64,000 nucleotides of DNA from Schmidtea polychroa (taxonomy: Eukaryota), in contig CM097886.1 in NCBI GenBank assembly GCA_044892525.1, positions 170,488,312 through 170,552,311 of the forward strand, given 5' to 3'. The translations under genes were made by a program, and so were the position numbers. This document shows positions 13,420 through 30,627 of the stretch, one piece after another (position 1 is the stretch's first letter; every line of letters starts with the position of its first letter). The notes under the pieces are model-generated. The model was not told the origin of the DNA. It was given only the letters and a program-made list of their open reading frames with translations, and did not search any database.

Positions 13420-16400
13420 TGTTGGGCTGAACTCACAGGTTGAAAAACAAGGTAGAGCTGAATCGGATATAAGAGAAAGGTCCAAAGTAAAAATAAAACA
13501 GATAAATGGGTTTAACACTAACTGAATTAAGTTAAAATAACGATAAAATAAAGAAAAACAGAAGAATCAATCAGGAAAAACCGAAATAAACAATAAAAGA
13601 AAAACAAAACAATTAAAAGATAAAAATCATTAGAAATAGAAATAGTTATAGGAAATAAGTTATTAACTACGAGCAACTAACAAAAGAGGAAATAATTTAA
13701 TAAAATCAGATTTAAGAAAATAAAATTCGAAAAACGCAAAAAACCAAATCAGAACATAAAATAGATAAACCATTAACAAAAAGTACAAAAGAATTAAAAA
13801 CAAACGAATTACTACACCTACGAGAGATAACGAGAATCCACAAAAGATCAGGAAAAATTAATTAATAAAAATAATAAAATAATACTAATGAAATAATAAT
13901 AAATTATGCTTAATAAAACAATTTAAAAATCGAAAATAACAAAAATAGAGAGAAAAACAACACAACTCAGTCCTGATTGGACCAAAAATAATATATAAGG
14001 CAGACGCAAAAATCACTTAGGTAATTCTACAAAAATCCATATAGGTAAAATTTTATTTATAATCACTTTAAGTAACTCTACAAAAATCCGTATAGATACA
14101 ACAACTTACAGACTCATTCAACCAGGAAGAATAATCACTACTATACTTTAATTAGAATAGATTACGAAGGAGGTGCTATTTGAAATTCGAGAATTAAGGA
14201 GACATTTCGGGATAGCTTATAGCCGATTCAGCTTTGCAGATTCAATTTCGGGACTCAGAGTATGATTTTGATTATTTGTCGCAATATTTATAATTTATGT
14301 AATAATAATGGATAATCTTAATTTTATGATTTAGATTAATAAATTATTATTATTTCCAAACAACGACGACTTCTTTCTTCTGGACTGGTGACGATACTGT
14401 CTGGAAACTTCGATTATGATGCTGATGAATTACAGACATTACTTTGGAGAAATTAAAAGTGTCAAATGACGTATACAAGGCATGAATGAATGATGAACCC
14501 AAAATTTAGAGAAAACGTTCATCAACCGATAACATAGCAATGATGATTGAATGATATTGAAGTTTCGAGTATGAAGGGAGTCGAATCTCTCGCCGGAATG
14601 GTATTGGTGGTAGTGAAGATTTTGCAGAAGTACTTGGGTTATATTCTGATGAATAATGTGAACAAATGATTTGGTAATGAACAGAGGGGTATGATGATCG
14701 AAATCCAAATGGTATGGTCACCGGGTAAATTAATTGTATTTAATTTTTATTGACTAAAATGTTTGATATAATTCATATATTTTATTGGTATTTCATCATG
14801 ATAACATTAATTTGAGTTAATCCGTCTATCGTGACGATGTGAGGATGGCGGATAGCAATGCCGGTGGTCCTCGGGTGTGTCGCGGTGAGTGGAAAAACTC
14901 CGAGTTGGAGAGGTAAAAGTTGAAATGAAATTACGGAAAATCCTGAGGTCTTCATTGAGCTGCAATCGACGTAGAGTTCTAGATGAAAATTCCAAAATTA
15001 ATATTGTTAATTCCATCATGATTTCAGTCACGTAGATTGAATGTTAGCCCCTGCTATTCGCCCCAGTTAGGGAAAAATGTAACCATATCTTTGGAGTATC
15101 AAATCGTCGACCTTTCAATTCAACATATCTACAGAAAATCACATTAAACCCGTTACGAGTAAAGACGACTCCACTTACTCCTTCTAAACAAATAGATTCA
15201 GCTTCGTTGGGCAACGTTACGAGTAATCGCCAAAATCCAATATTTTCTCGTTAATCGATGCGAATTTTCAATTAACCGGATAAGTCGTCCTCTGTAGATA
15301 TTGCCACCTCTGTCTTGAAATTGATTTTCTTGCATGATGAATACAAATATTTATTTTCCACGAACAAGATAAGCTGTCGTCGCGAGACGCCAATGCTGCC
15401 TCACAAATACGAACTACGATAGCAATCACAGTGAAAATCTGACATTAGACGATCTCCCGGTTTCCCATTGCGACTTGCAACGCATAAACAATCATAACGG
15501 AAGGAAATCAAATAGACTAAAATCCCGAAATTCTCTGGTAAGCAACAGGAATAGTTTATCGCTGTTAAACGTCACTCCGCAATAGAATATCAAATATCGA
15601 AACCATAATCTAGTAAATCGAATTGACATTATGTAATGAATATAATCACCTGCAGTAAGGGCGATTTTTCTAGAAGACACATCATTTTACTAATTATGCA
15701 TCAATGTGAACAGATTTATTTAGTTAATTAAAGTACTTAAATTATAATTTGGTTTAGTCAAATAATATTTCCGTATAAACACTAGATAACTCCAGCAAAA
15801 GTCTATGAGTAAACTACAAATATTCTAGAGAATAAATAATAAAAAATGAGTTTTCGATCAAGTCTCACCCCAACCATTCCCTTTTTAATGTAAAAATTTA
15901 TTTTGAATGGGATATATTATATCCTCCTCTACCGTTTTAATGATAAAATCTATTCTGAATGCGACGTATACATCTTTCCCTATCGGCTTAAGGTACAAGA
16001 TGACGAGATATTGTTGTAAATCTGGTCAGCGTAATTAATGTATCCTGATAACCGTACCAGGATTATGTCAAAGTTTTCTTCTTTTTCAGTTATGAGTGAG
16101 CCAAACCTGTGAACCAAAGAGCTCCGGCCGTGCTTCTCCTGTGCGGATAAAAACGAGGACATCCGTAAACTCCACACGTATATTGGGCTCTCAAAAAACG
16201 TATAGAAACGTACGAATGCACGTGGTTCTCCCCACCACAGATGAAGGAGGAGAAGACAAAAATTCTGAGACTGGAGCACTGCCGAGACAGTCTCCTAGAA
16301 GAAGGCCAATGTCAGCGGTTAACTATCAAAGCCCAATCGGAGGCGCTCCACAAGGTGTACTCTGAATCCGAGATCTCAAAGAGAGTACGAGTACCCCATC

Positions 16401-17340
16401 CAGGACGGAATTAACGTGTTCCCCATTCATCATCAAAATGACGAAGTGTCACAACCGTCGACCAGTTGCTCGGGCCATGGATTTCTGTTTTTACCCTTAG
16501 TCGAACCTATTTTATCGGGATCAACCAAGACGGCGAATTTCCAGACAATTACAGTTCAGAACGAGTCTTCCACGTCATCGACTCATCAATCTGTCACAGC
16601 TACCGCTTCGGCCCCAAAGAAACGTAAACGTCCTTCACGCGCGGAGAAGAATCAGAAGCGCCGAGATACCATCGCGGCATTGGAAGCTTCCCTATTTGCC
16701 GCCCAAACCTCGATTAGGGCGATCTCTCAAACACATGCACCGGTAGCAACGGAAACTTATCGCCTCATCCCTGCGGGAGAGATCAAAACTCTAGGAGACA
16801 CACAGCTTCAAGTCGACATTGACGCCATGACAGCCGATGGCGAGGTGCTTTTCTGAGTATCGACTCAAAATTAGAACATTGTTTTCCACTTGAACATTAT
16901 CCCGGACTTTAAATGTATATCTTGTACTCATTGTATTATCTTATATTTAACTGTATGTAGTGATCGTCCCGTACGATCTACAATAAATCTTAGTGAGCTT
17001 TTACATATGTCGTTTGTTTTGTGATCGAACGTCAAGTTTAAGTAAATTGACCGAAGAAGTTTCGTTGATAAAGTCGTCCCCTTGGACCAGGGTCTTATTG
17101 ATTGAATAATTGAACGAGGTAAGTCCTTACATGGCACTCTTGTACCCGTACCGAGACTTTGCTAGGAGTAGTTCTAACATAGGAGCTCACCTGCTGATAA
17201 AGTCCAACCTATGTGCGCATTACCAACGTGTTACACCACCACGGGCACACATAAGGGAGATGATCTGCAAGTCATATTGATTGCTTAGGGAACCATTTTC
17301 TGAGCTCAAGAAGATACGTTTTCCCCCTAAGTAACCAACA
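13420..17340 (+). mobile_element. 3.9-kb TG...CA element (giant solo LTR or Ginger-like derivative) carrying a cargo ORF
   Basis: Starts TGTTGGG (13420), ends CCAACA (17340), flanked by TTAT/TTAT. TATA-like TATATAAGG at about 13992. The 3' 1.1 kb is homologous to 29612-31670. Confidence 0.65.
16219..16856 (+). pseudogene. Cargo ORF copy 1: unknown basic, NLS-like protein with two frameshifts
   Basis: Reconstructed HVVLPTTDEGGEDK/ILRLEHCRDSLLEEGQCQRLTIKAQSEALHKVYSE.../EYEYPIQDGINVFPIHH...KKRKRPSRAEKNQKRRDTIAALEASLF...YRLIPA; aligns to 29612-30253. Confidence 0.7.
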
Positions 17341-18521
17341 TTATCAACCTTTTTTCATAAAATCATCACAACGTGAGTTTTATTTTAAATGCCAGTTTTG
17401 GGCAATACAATTTTAACTGTTAATGCACCAGAGGGTAATTGAAGATGGTTAAATGGACATTGAAAATGGACAGTGAAATTCACTTGAAAAAGGCAGTGCC
17501 GAAAATTTATGAGTATCAACAAACATCGATATATTAATGATTTATAGTCTTCAAACTCTCATTTTAATTAATTTATTTTATCATTGTAATTATTCCATGT
17601 AAATTCATGCCATATTTTATTTAACTTCATTATAATTTGATCCGAAGATGGTGGGTTTAAGTAAGATTATTGAGCAAAATTTTTAATTCTGGTTATTTTA
17701 AAAAATTCTAATAACAAATTCTTATCATTAACCATAATTATCATAATTATAAATTAATATGTATATTTTCCACATGACAGTGGAATTTCTTTTTCAAAAC
17801 GACAGGCAATGTTATTTTATTCTAATTACAATTATGTGGATGATTGTAATTTGTTGGTGTAGTACATTTTATGTAGACGTGTTTTATTAGTTTCTGAATG
17901 TTTTATTTACTTTTAGTTATTTGATCTATTTTCGTGAATATAAACTTAACTTATCGCTGTCGCTTGTGTATATTTTATCGATCCGTTAAAACAAATAAAA
18001 AATTGTTTTAGTTTTTACACGATTAGTTTGATGTATATTTAAACACATTAAGATACTAAATAATAAATTAAGCAATAATTTTTGAAATAAATATAACTGA
18101 AAATTAATTAATTATTTTACGATCTCTAATATAATTAAGTTAAAATTTCAGAACTTAAATTATTTCTACGAATTCCTCCAATTCTAGTTATTTTAGGCGA
18201 AATTATAATTTTTAATTAAACATACTACTAGTGATTCATATTAAAGTAACGAAGCTTTTATATTATATGCTCAAAAATATTTGGATCCCACAGAATCATA
18301 AATTGTACTAAATCAATATTGTAATATTTTAATTTCAGAAACTTTCCGGAAATTTTATAACTATTTCTATTAGTAGAAGTGAGTTTTGACTGAAATCTTA
18401 AATGTAATTTAAAGTTTTGGAATGTATACTTCAAACTTTTATAAAATTATTAAAAATGAGTTGTGTTTTAATTTTCAATTAGCTAAATTTCTTAACTGAT
18501 AATTTTCAAAATAACCTAAAC

Positions 18522-23084
<4,563 letters not shown>

Positions 23085-23974
23085 TTTTGTTTTACTTCTA
23101 GTACTGCTTCGACATTCCTGAATAAAATATTCGTTAGTTTTTTTTTTGAGTGTTTGTTGTATATTTTAATTTTTTTTAATTTAGAATTAAATTAATATAA
23201 TTAATTTCTAATCGATTTATTTGTAATCAACATAATTAATTTGCTAAAATCAAAGTTCGGTAAGTTTAATATTTATAATTATTTTGTTAAAAATTAAATC
23301 TTTTAATCTTTATAAAAATTAATGTATTTCAAAAATCTATCTATAAATATTTCTTTTTGGGTGTTTAGAGATGACAATCTTCCGACATGGGAAATATTTA
23401 TGTGACTGTAGGAACACGAAAGTAAATCAAAGTTCTCAATACAATAGTTTAACGAACAGATGAAAATCTTTCACTGTAGAGACAAGAAACTAATTTTCAT
23501 AAAGTTTTTATATAATACGACATTGAAATTGATGATAGAAATATTTGCTCCAGCAGTCAATGTTCCCATTAAATCATCGGCACTTGATCTAGGGATTGTA
23601 CTGAGATTGTTGATGAACTCGCATTTGTGCATGTAGACTCCAGTGTCGTACTATGTGAAAGTAATGGAATCTTTATCTGGAATAACTTTGATGAGTAACT
23701 CCTTTTGACAATCGATGACGGATGGATCAGCTCGGCTAACGTAACGAACTTTATCATGAGAATCATTAGAATCGCGAATTAGTATTCTAAGGAAAATTTC
23801 TTTGGTTGAATAGAAAGTGTTGATGATCAACAAATAATTAAATATTTACTAAAATTCAATTCAATGCAAAGATAAATTTGATGTTTACTATAATAATCGG
23901 GTGTATTGTGTTCATTTATCTTTCATATAATGAAAATGTCAATGGTCCTAACAAGATAATTGTTTTGTTTTATT

Positions 23975-24796
23975 TGTTGGGGTTCAACAATAGAGGTACA
24001 AAAATGAGATGAAAAATCAATAAAAACACCAAATTCACAATAAAAATTTAATGTACAAAATATTAATTTTAAAAAATCAAAAAATTATAAATGAATATTT
24101 TCCCGGGGAAACTAATATGGGCAGATGCTGAATAATAAGACGAGTTCAACTATAATAAAATAAAATCAATGGGGGTCCCTAGAAGGAATAAATTACAAAA
24201 AAACAAAAATTAATTAACTAATGGAGAACCGAGACAATGGAAAACCATAGCGATGTGAGAGAACCTGAATTATCAATCAAATTAGGAAAGGTAATTAAAT
24301 AAGCCGACTAAAATTAAATTGGGGCAAGTCGTCAAAGGACACGAGCAAATTCCTCAAAGCAATTAGAGCGACAAAAGGAAGCCCGGTGGGAATTTGGATC
24401 CAGACTAATTTAACAAAGTAAAATCAATTATAAGATAGGTATAAAAGCGACAGGCAAGTAAACAGAATTGCCAGTCGGTCGAAGAAAAGTAAACGAGAAA
24501 TTTAGAGAGAGTAACAAAGAAAATTTTGAACTTAGTGTCAATTGAATATTTTGAATCGAGCGTACCAGAAAGGGACATCTCCCGTTAGAAGATTTATCCC
24601 TACAGAAGATTTACAGTTGTATTGGAAATTGGAGACCAAAAAGGGTTGTATCAAGTGTGGTTGAATCAATAAAAAGTGTAACCAAACTGTCACTGCATTA
24701 GTCTCGAATAGAGATTTTGTGTTGAGTTGTTTACTTAATTTCAAAAGTACACAAAGGAGTAAGACAGTGATACCGACTTGCACAAAATTCACAACA
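23975..24796 (+). mobile_element. Gypsy solo LTR (family 1)
   Basis: Colinear over its whole length with the reverse complement of 48391-49256 (TGTTGGGGTTCAA...CAATGGGGGTCCCTAGAA...GTACCAGAAAGGG...GATACCGACTT); flanks TATT/TATA. Confidence 0.88.
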
Positions 24797-25092
24797 TATA
24801 AAAAGAATTTTGTTGCTTATTGAAACTAGCTGTAGCACGATTGTTAGATGTCGAACTCACTTGATGTTGTCTTTGTTTAAAGAAAACAGTTTTTCGATTG
24901 TTTTTTGTTGTTTGTTTGACAGAACAAAATATTATGTGCTTCGTATTTAGTAAACAATAGCATAGACTAAATATTCAATATATGTCTTGCTATGCGTAAC
25001 TTGTGATGATGTAGTTTTCCGCATAACTCTGATCTAATTATTTCAAATGTCTCGTCAATTACTTCAACGTGATTTTCCTATTATGTATGATA

Positions 25093-26833
25093 CACCCAAT
25101 TCCGAAATTGAGTAACCTCTATAATTCACGTTGGTGTGCACACCAGTTGAGGTGAGTCACCATTTACGTGAAAACGAAGTTACTCAATTTTATTTATCCA
25201 ATTTATTAAAAATGGTTTTCAGGTAATTTTTTTAATTTCAAGTATATTTTAAGACTTGAATTTTGATTTTATATAATTATGAGATCATTATTCAAGTTCT
25301 TAAATATTACTGTTAGTCATGATTTATATTTTATCATTTTAAATATATTAATAGTTAAATTTTAGGTGTTTTTTAGGAAATTTATGATATTTTATGCATT
25401 AATATGGAATTATTTCGCTAAAATGTAAGTTTTTATTTTTATATTTATAAATAAATAAAGTAATCACCAAACACATTTATTTTTTCAAGATATTTAGGAA
25501 AAAATCGGCGTACATGAATGAAATAGTTTTTTAAATTTTTATAATCTTTCTGCAGCTCATTTTCGATGGCTTTTTTCTTTCTGTAAATCAAAAGACCTTC
25601 AATATTTGAAACGCTGCCTTCACACATACTATAAAATATTTTAATATTTTGTAATTTAATGAATAAAACTTACATTGTATTTTCTTCTTTTTCCCTAAAG
25701 CTCAAGGTAGAGCTGTCGGAATCAAAATTAAAAGTATTTTCTTGCATTTTTTAATAATATTAAAATAATTATATTTTAACAATATGTTAACAGTTATTTA
25801 TTTCGGAACAAAAACCTATATAAGAATTTTGCATGCATTTTTCATTATGTGTTTTGTGTTGGTGTGTTCAGTTATTTTTCTCTCACCTTCACAAAACCTA
25901 TACACCCGTTTGCGAAAGTTAACATTGTCTATAATATACGTTGGTGTGCACACCAGCTGAGGTGAGTCACCAATTATATGACAATGTTAACTTAATTTCA
26001 TTTATTCTATTTTTCAAAAATCGTTTTAAGGTAAGTTTTTGAATTAAAGTAATTTTTAGGACTTGAATTTTGATTTTATATAATTATGAGATCATTATTC
26101 AAGTTCTTAAATATTACTGTTAGTCAGCATTTATAATATAACATATTGATAATTAAATTTCAGGTTTTTTAGGAATTTTATGATATTTTATTTGGATTTA
26201 TTTCGTAAAAATCTAAGTTAGATATTTTTATAATTATAAATAAATAAAGTATTCACAAAACATTTATTTTTTAAGACATTTAGTAAAGAGTTTTTTTTTA
26301 AGTTTTTGTAATCTTCTTTCGAATTTTGTCTTTTTCTGTAATTTTCTGAAAATATTAATTTGTTAAAATAATTTATTAAAATTTACGATTTGCGATTTTT
26401 TCCTGCAAATTCAAAGATGTCGAAGGACCTTCTTCAATATCTGTAAATCTAAAGAAATTTTATATTCTAAATTATTTTATAATTAAATCTTACGATGTAT
26501 TTTCTTCTTTTTCTCTAAAGCTCAAGGTAGAGCAGTCGGAATCTGATTTAAAAGCTTTTTTGTGCATAACTTTTTAAATAATTTGAAAATATTAATATGT
26601 TAATCAATGTTAATTTCGCAAAAAAAACTTTACTTAATTTTGTATGTATTTTTCATTATGTGTGCTGTGTTTGTATGCTTAATTATTTTCTCTCAATTTT
26701 TAGATTCCTATAATAAATATGTTAACTTTCGCAGCATTAAATTTTTACACATAGGTAAGTTTGTGTGTTCCTATAATATATATTTATTGATTTTTTTTAG
26801 ATTATAGAAGTTATTAAATTTTGGAATTAGGTG
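25093..26833 (+). mobile_element. Two tandem or nested copies of a Tc1/mariner-type non-autonomous element
   Basis: TA|CACCCAATTCCGAAAT left end at 25093; a second left end TA|CACCCGTTTGCG at 25903; right end GGAATTAGGTG|TA at 26833. Both units are colinear with 54420-55411. Confidence 0.85.
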
Positions 26834-26854
26834 TATCACACTATACCCGGGTGA

Positions 26855-27928
26855 TGCATGCATATTTTATAGAAAATTTCATTATAATCTCATAAAACAT
26901 CTTTAATAAATTCGTTGATCTTATTTCATATTAAAAGCTTTAATCACAACCGATAAGGTTCTTCGTGACATTAAATAGGAAGCTATCAATCACATTAACC
27001 CTTTGAGGACCGGCTTTTTTATAAATTTTTTTAAATTTTATTTTTTTTATAAATATTTTATTTATTTCATTAAAAACTGGGGAAAAAATTAATTTTTAAA
27101 ATTTTTAAAATAAAATTTCATTCGTTTTGTTTTGTTTTATAAAAATACACACAGAAATGTGATTTTCATTATAGTTTGATTTATTTTAGTTTTTAGCTAA
27201 TATTATGTAAACAGTGTGTTTTATGAAATTTTTTTATTTGAAAAAAAATTTTCTTTTTTAATTTTATATAAGGAAAACCACATTTGATATTTTTAGAACT
27301 AGTTTGCCACTAAACAGGTTATAATATAATAAACATATAATAATAATAAACAGGTTATACTTATTTAATTTATTTTAATTTTTAATGTATTAATAAATTT
27401 TTATTGTAATTTTAAAGTTATTTAGTAATTAATTTTCATGCTTTTGATTTAATAATTCTTAAAAGTATTTTTTAGAATTTCTGATAGATTTAATTATTAT
27501 AAAGGTAGGATATTTTTTGTCAAAATAAACAATAATATTAATAATTCAATATTTGGATTACTTTCTAAAAAATGCTTTTCATTCTTAGAATTTCAAGTAA
27601 TAATCCTAGTTAAAGTCAGCAATTTTTGACCCAAATTCTATCAAAAAAATAATTTACCGAAGTGTTCAACAGAACAATATATTTTTGATTTTATTTTGTC
27701 TTATTTAAAACAATTTTAAATATCATGGAAGTTATGTGTAGGAATTTGAAAGGACAATATCATTTAAAGAAGTTTTCGCGAAACGAAGTTTTGAGTTTTG
27801 CCTACTGGCCTGACTTGTACTTCTTTCTCCGGACAATCAGGGCTAGATTCGATTAAACCCGGGTGATGCGTGCATATTTTATAGAAAATTTCATTATAAT
27901 CGTATAAAACAAATTTAATAAATTCGAA
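26855..27928 (+). repeat. About 70-bp direct repeats (26855-26925 and 27857-27928) bracketing a piggyBac-like left end (TTAA|CCCTTTGAGGACC at 26999)
   Basis: ACCCGGGTGATGC.TGCATATTTTATAGAAAATTTCATTATAATC occurs at both sites. Confidence 0.7.
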
Positions 27929-28973
27929 TTCATTTATAGAAAAGAAATTAAAATAAATAAACGAATAAGGAAACCGATGGCATGTCGAATTGTCCTCCTC
28001 CTGTATCATCGCAAATCGTTCATATCAGTTTAAGATTCCCGCTACTTTTCGTTACTTGTGAATAAAATGTTATAGTGGTTAAGAACATTACATAATAACC
28101 TGACATTTCCTTGTTTCATACTTAAATTTACTTTTAATCTACTCTAATCCTAAATATTTTCTCAAAGATATATTTGATCAAATCAATAATTCATAAAAAT
28201 TTATTGGTTTTAGAGGGCATAATGAATGTCAATTGATAAAAGAAATTTCTTTTTTTAACACTGTAAAAGATTAAATTACACATGGAACCTTACGTTCTGT
28301 ATTATTCAATTTTTCAATTCAGGACACGTTCTTTATTTATCCCAACTGTGATGAATTTTCCAGGATTTCCCTTTTCTATTTTCTTCGTGAACTTTTTAGA
28401 CTGTCGTTTTGGTCTCAAATGTGATTTGATTTAATGAATTTGATTTGGTTTTTTGCTCTGTTGATTTGTTCGAATTCTTGAATTATTCTTTCAATTTTTC
28501 TTCTCTTTCCATTGTTGGGACTGTGGTAGTAAATTTTTTAGTGTTGATGTTCTTTCTTTTTCATTTTGATTTTATTGGTTCCTTTTTTGAAAGTGATGAT
28601 TGGTTTTTATGTTTACTTTTTTCTTAAGATATCTGTTTTTGAGAGTGAATGAGTTTGGAATATTTCTTTTTGAGTGTTGGGTCTGAGTGTTTTTGTTTAT
28701 GGTGTTGGGGTCTACAAGTCTAACTTAATCATATTACAATAATTAATAACGATCGTAAATTTTTAATGAAATTTCACTACGGTTAACAATTTTTAGTCTG
28801 AAAGGTACAAATTATGATAAAACATGGTATCAAGAAACAAAAATCTGTAATCCTATGCACTTTGAAACATTTTTAGTTGAATCGAAATTTAAAGACGTTC
28901 TAGTGGCCATTTGGAACTCCAAAGAGTATTAACCGTTTGCGGACGGAATTTTAAATATATATATATATATATA

Positions 28974-29057
28974 GAATTAAAAAGAGAGTTTGAAGACTAT
29001 AAATCAGTAATATATCGAAAATTCGTGAGTATAGTCTTCAAACTCTCTTTTTAATTC
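28974..29057. repeat. Perfect 28-bp-stem hairpin with 28-nt loop
   Basis: GAATTAAAAAGAGAGTTTGAAGACTATA and its exact reverse complement; related half-sites at about 17525-17570 and 22341-22389. Confidence 0.9.
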
Positions 29058-29611
29058 AATGGATAAAATAATCAGTGGTGAAATTGGAAGAAGTAAAAGT
29101 TCTTATAATAATATATAATTTTTTAGTTTACGAATGCCCGATATTATGGTATGATTTTTTAAAGATTGGCCAGCAGTGATGTCCTACTGTCCGTAACCGT
29201 ATAAACAATTTAAGACCAAAACTGCTGGGTTACAGTTTGCAAACTGTTAGGTTTAACAACTATCATGGCGAAATTTACCTTTGTTTAAATTCTAAATCTA
29301 TTGGTACAGCATCATCGTCATTACGTGACGGATATCATCGGGGTGAAATGAATTATATGGTTCCGGAGTAAATAAGATAAAGACTGTAAATATAAAAATT
29401 GTAAGATAAAAACTGTAAGATCAAGTAAGGAAATCAGTTAAGTAAAAGAGAATAAAGAACAATGAAAAAACAAATAAAATATATAGCAAAAAACCTTTGA
29501 AAAAGTAAAACACGCAGTTGCAACTAATAAGCAAAGAAAACGCATAACTAATACTAATAACTAGAATAAAATAATTAAGAAGAAATAGAATCTAAAAAAC
29601 CAAGATCAAAG

Positions 29612-30253
29612 TACGTGGTTCTCCCCACCACTCATGAAAGAGGCGAAAAAGAAATTTTGCGGCTCGAGCACTGTCGCGACAGCTTGCTCGACGAAAGCCG
29701 ATGCCAGCGCCTCACCATCAAGGCCCATTCCGAGGCCCTTCATCTAATTTATTCGGAGGCGGAGTTTAAACACGGCATCAGCGAGTTTCCGCTTATCGAT
29801 AAGCTGAATGTGTTCCCGATTCATCATCGGACTGACGAGACAACCACCCAGTCCACCTCGATCTGAAATAATCATGACCCAGAAGTATCTCCTGTTGCAA
29901 CACTTGATATTGTCCTCATGGAAATCAACAGAATGAAGCCTAATCCAGTTAACGTCACGGTACCACTGACAGCCCCAGTGAATTCTAACATCGTCCTCGC
30001 CCAATCTAACCTTCGAAAACGAAAGCGCTTAACTCGTGCAGAACGTTCAAAGAAACGCCGAGATGAGAATGCGGCATTAGAGGCCACCTTATTTTCCGTC
30101 ACCGAGGCCAGGAAAGAGAAACCACAGCCTAACCCAGTCGTACATACCACCATTCAATACAGAATGATTCCGGCTACACTCATTCGTGATCCACAATTGG
30201 AATCGGATATCGCAGTTATGTTAGACGAAGGTGATGCCATTTTGACGAACTAA
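29612..30253 (+). pseudogene. Cargo ORF copy 2: same unknown basic protein with one in-frame TGA (29864-29866)
   Basis: ORFs 29615-29866 and 29918-30253 share one frame: VVLPTTHERGEKEILRLEHCRDSLLDE...NVFPIHH...RKRKRLTRAERSKKRRDENAALEATLF...YRMIPA. The associated element ends CCCCTAAGCGCCCAACA at 31670. Confidence 0.75.
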
Positions 30254-30627
30254 AGGCAATAGAGATCGGCGAATGTAACTGTTCGTTTCGGATTGTCTGT
30301 GATTGTGCAAAGCAATTAGTTCATGTTCTTAATTGGAGGATATTTAACCTGTATTAATTATATTATAATTTTGTGTCATGTGTTTCGTTGTGTTTGGCAC
30401 GTGATTTATAGCCATAGAATATTTTTGGCAAACGGTCGCGCAAAAGTAAAGGAGTACTGGGAGACAACCTCACTTGGACCAGAGGCGTATCAGAGACGAA
30501 AGCGATCTATTAAGAAAGATGTAAGTCCTTCTAACGGCATTCAGTAACCCGAACGGTTAATATCATGAGAAGTAGTCCTAACACAGGGGCTCACCTGCTC
30601 ATGAATTCCAACCCGTGTGTACATTAC

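Noticed and set aside
13448-13467. CAAGGTAGAGCTG shared with the Tc1-type MITE family (25703, 55077)
   Set aside because: A 13-nt match with no flanking homology; chance cannot be excluded.
17194-17205. CTGATAA / CTCATGA in the conserved block as a hammerhead ribozyme core
   Set aside because: Each copy deviates from CUGANGA and there is no stem II followed by GAAA.
23387-23425. MGNIYVTVGTRK, resembling the ALG13 N-terminus (VFVTVGT)
   Set aside because: A stop follows at once, no GT-AG splice restores an ALG13-like continuation, and no other ALG13 motifs are nearby.
29864-29866. Single in-frame stops as evidence of codon reassignment
   Set aside because: Host genes have no internal stops and end with TAA or TGA; decay explains these cases.
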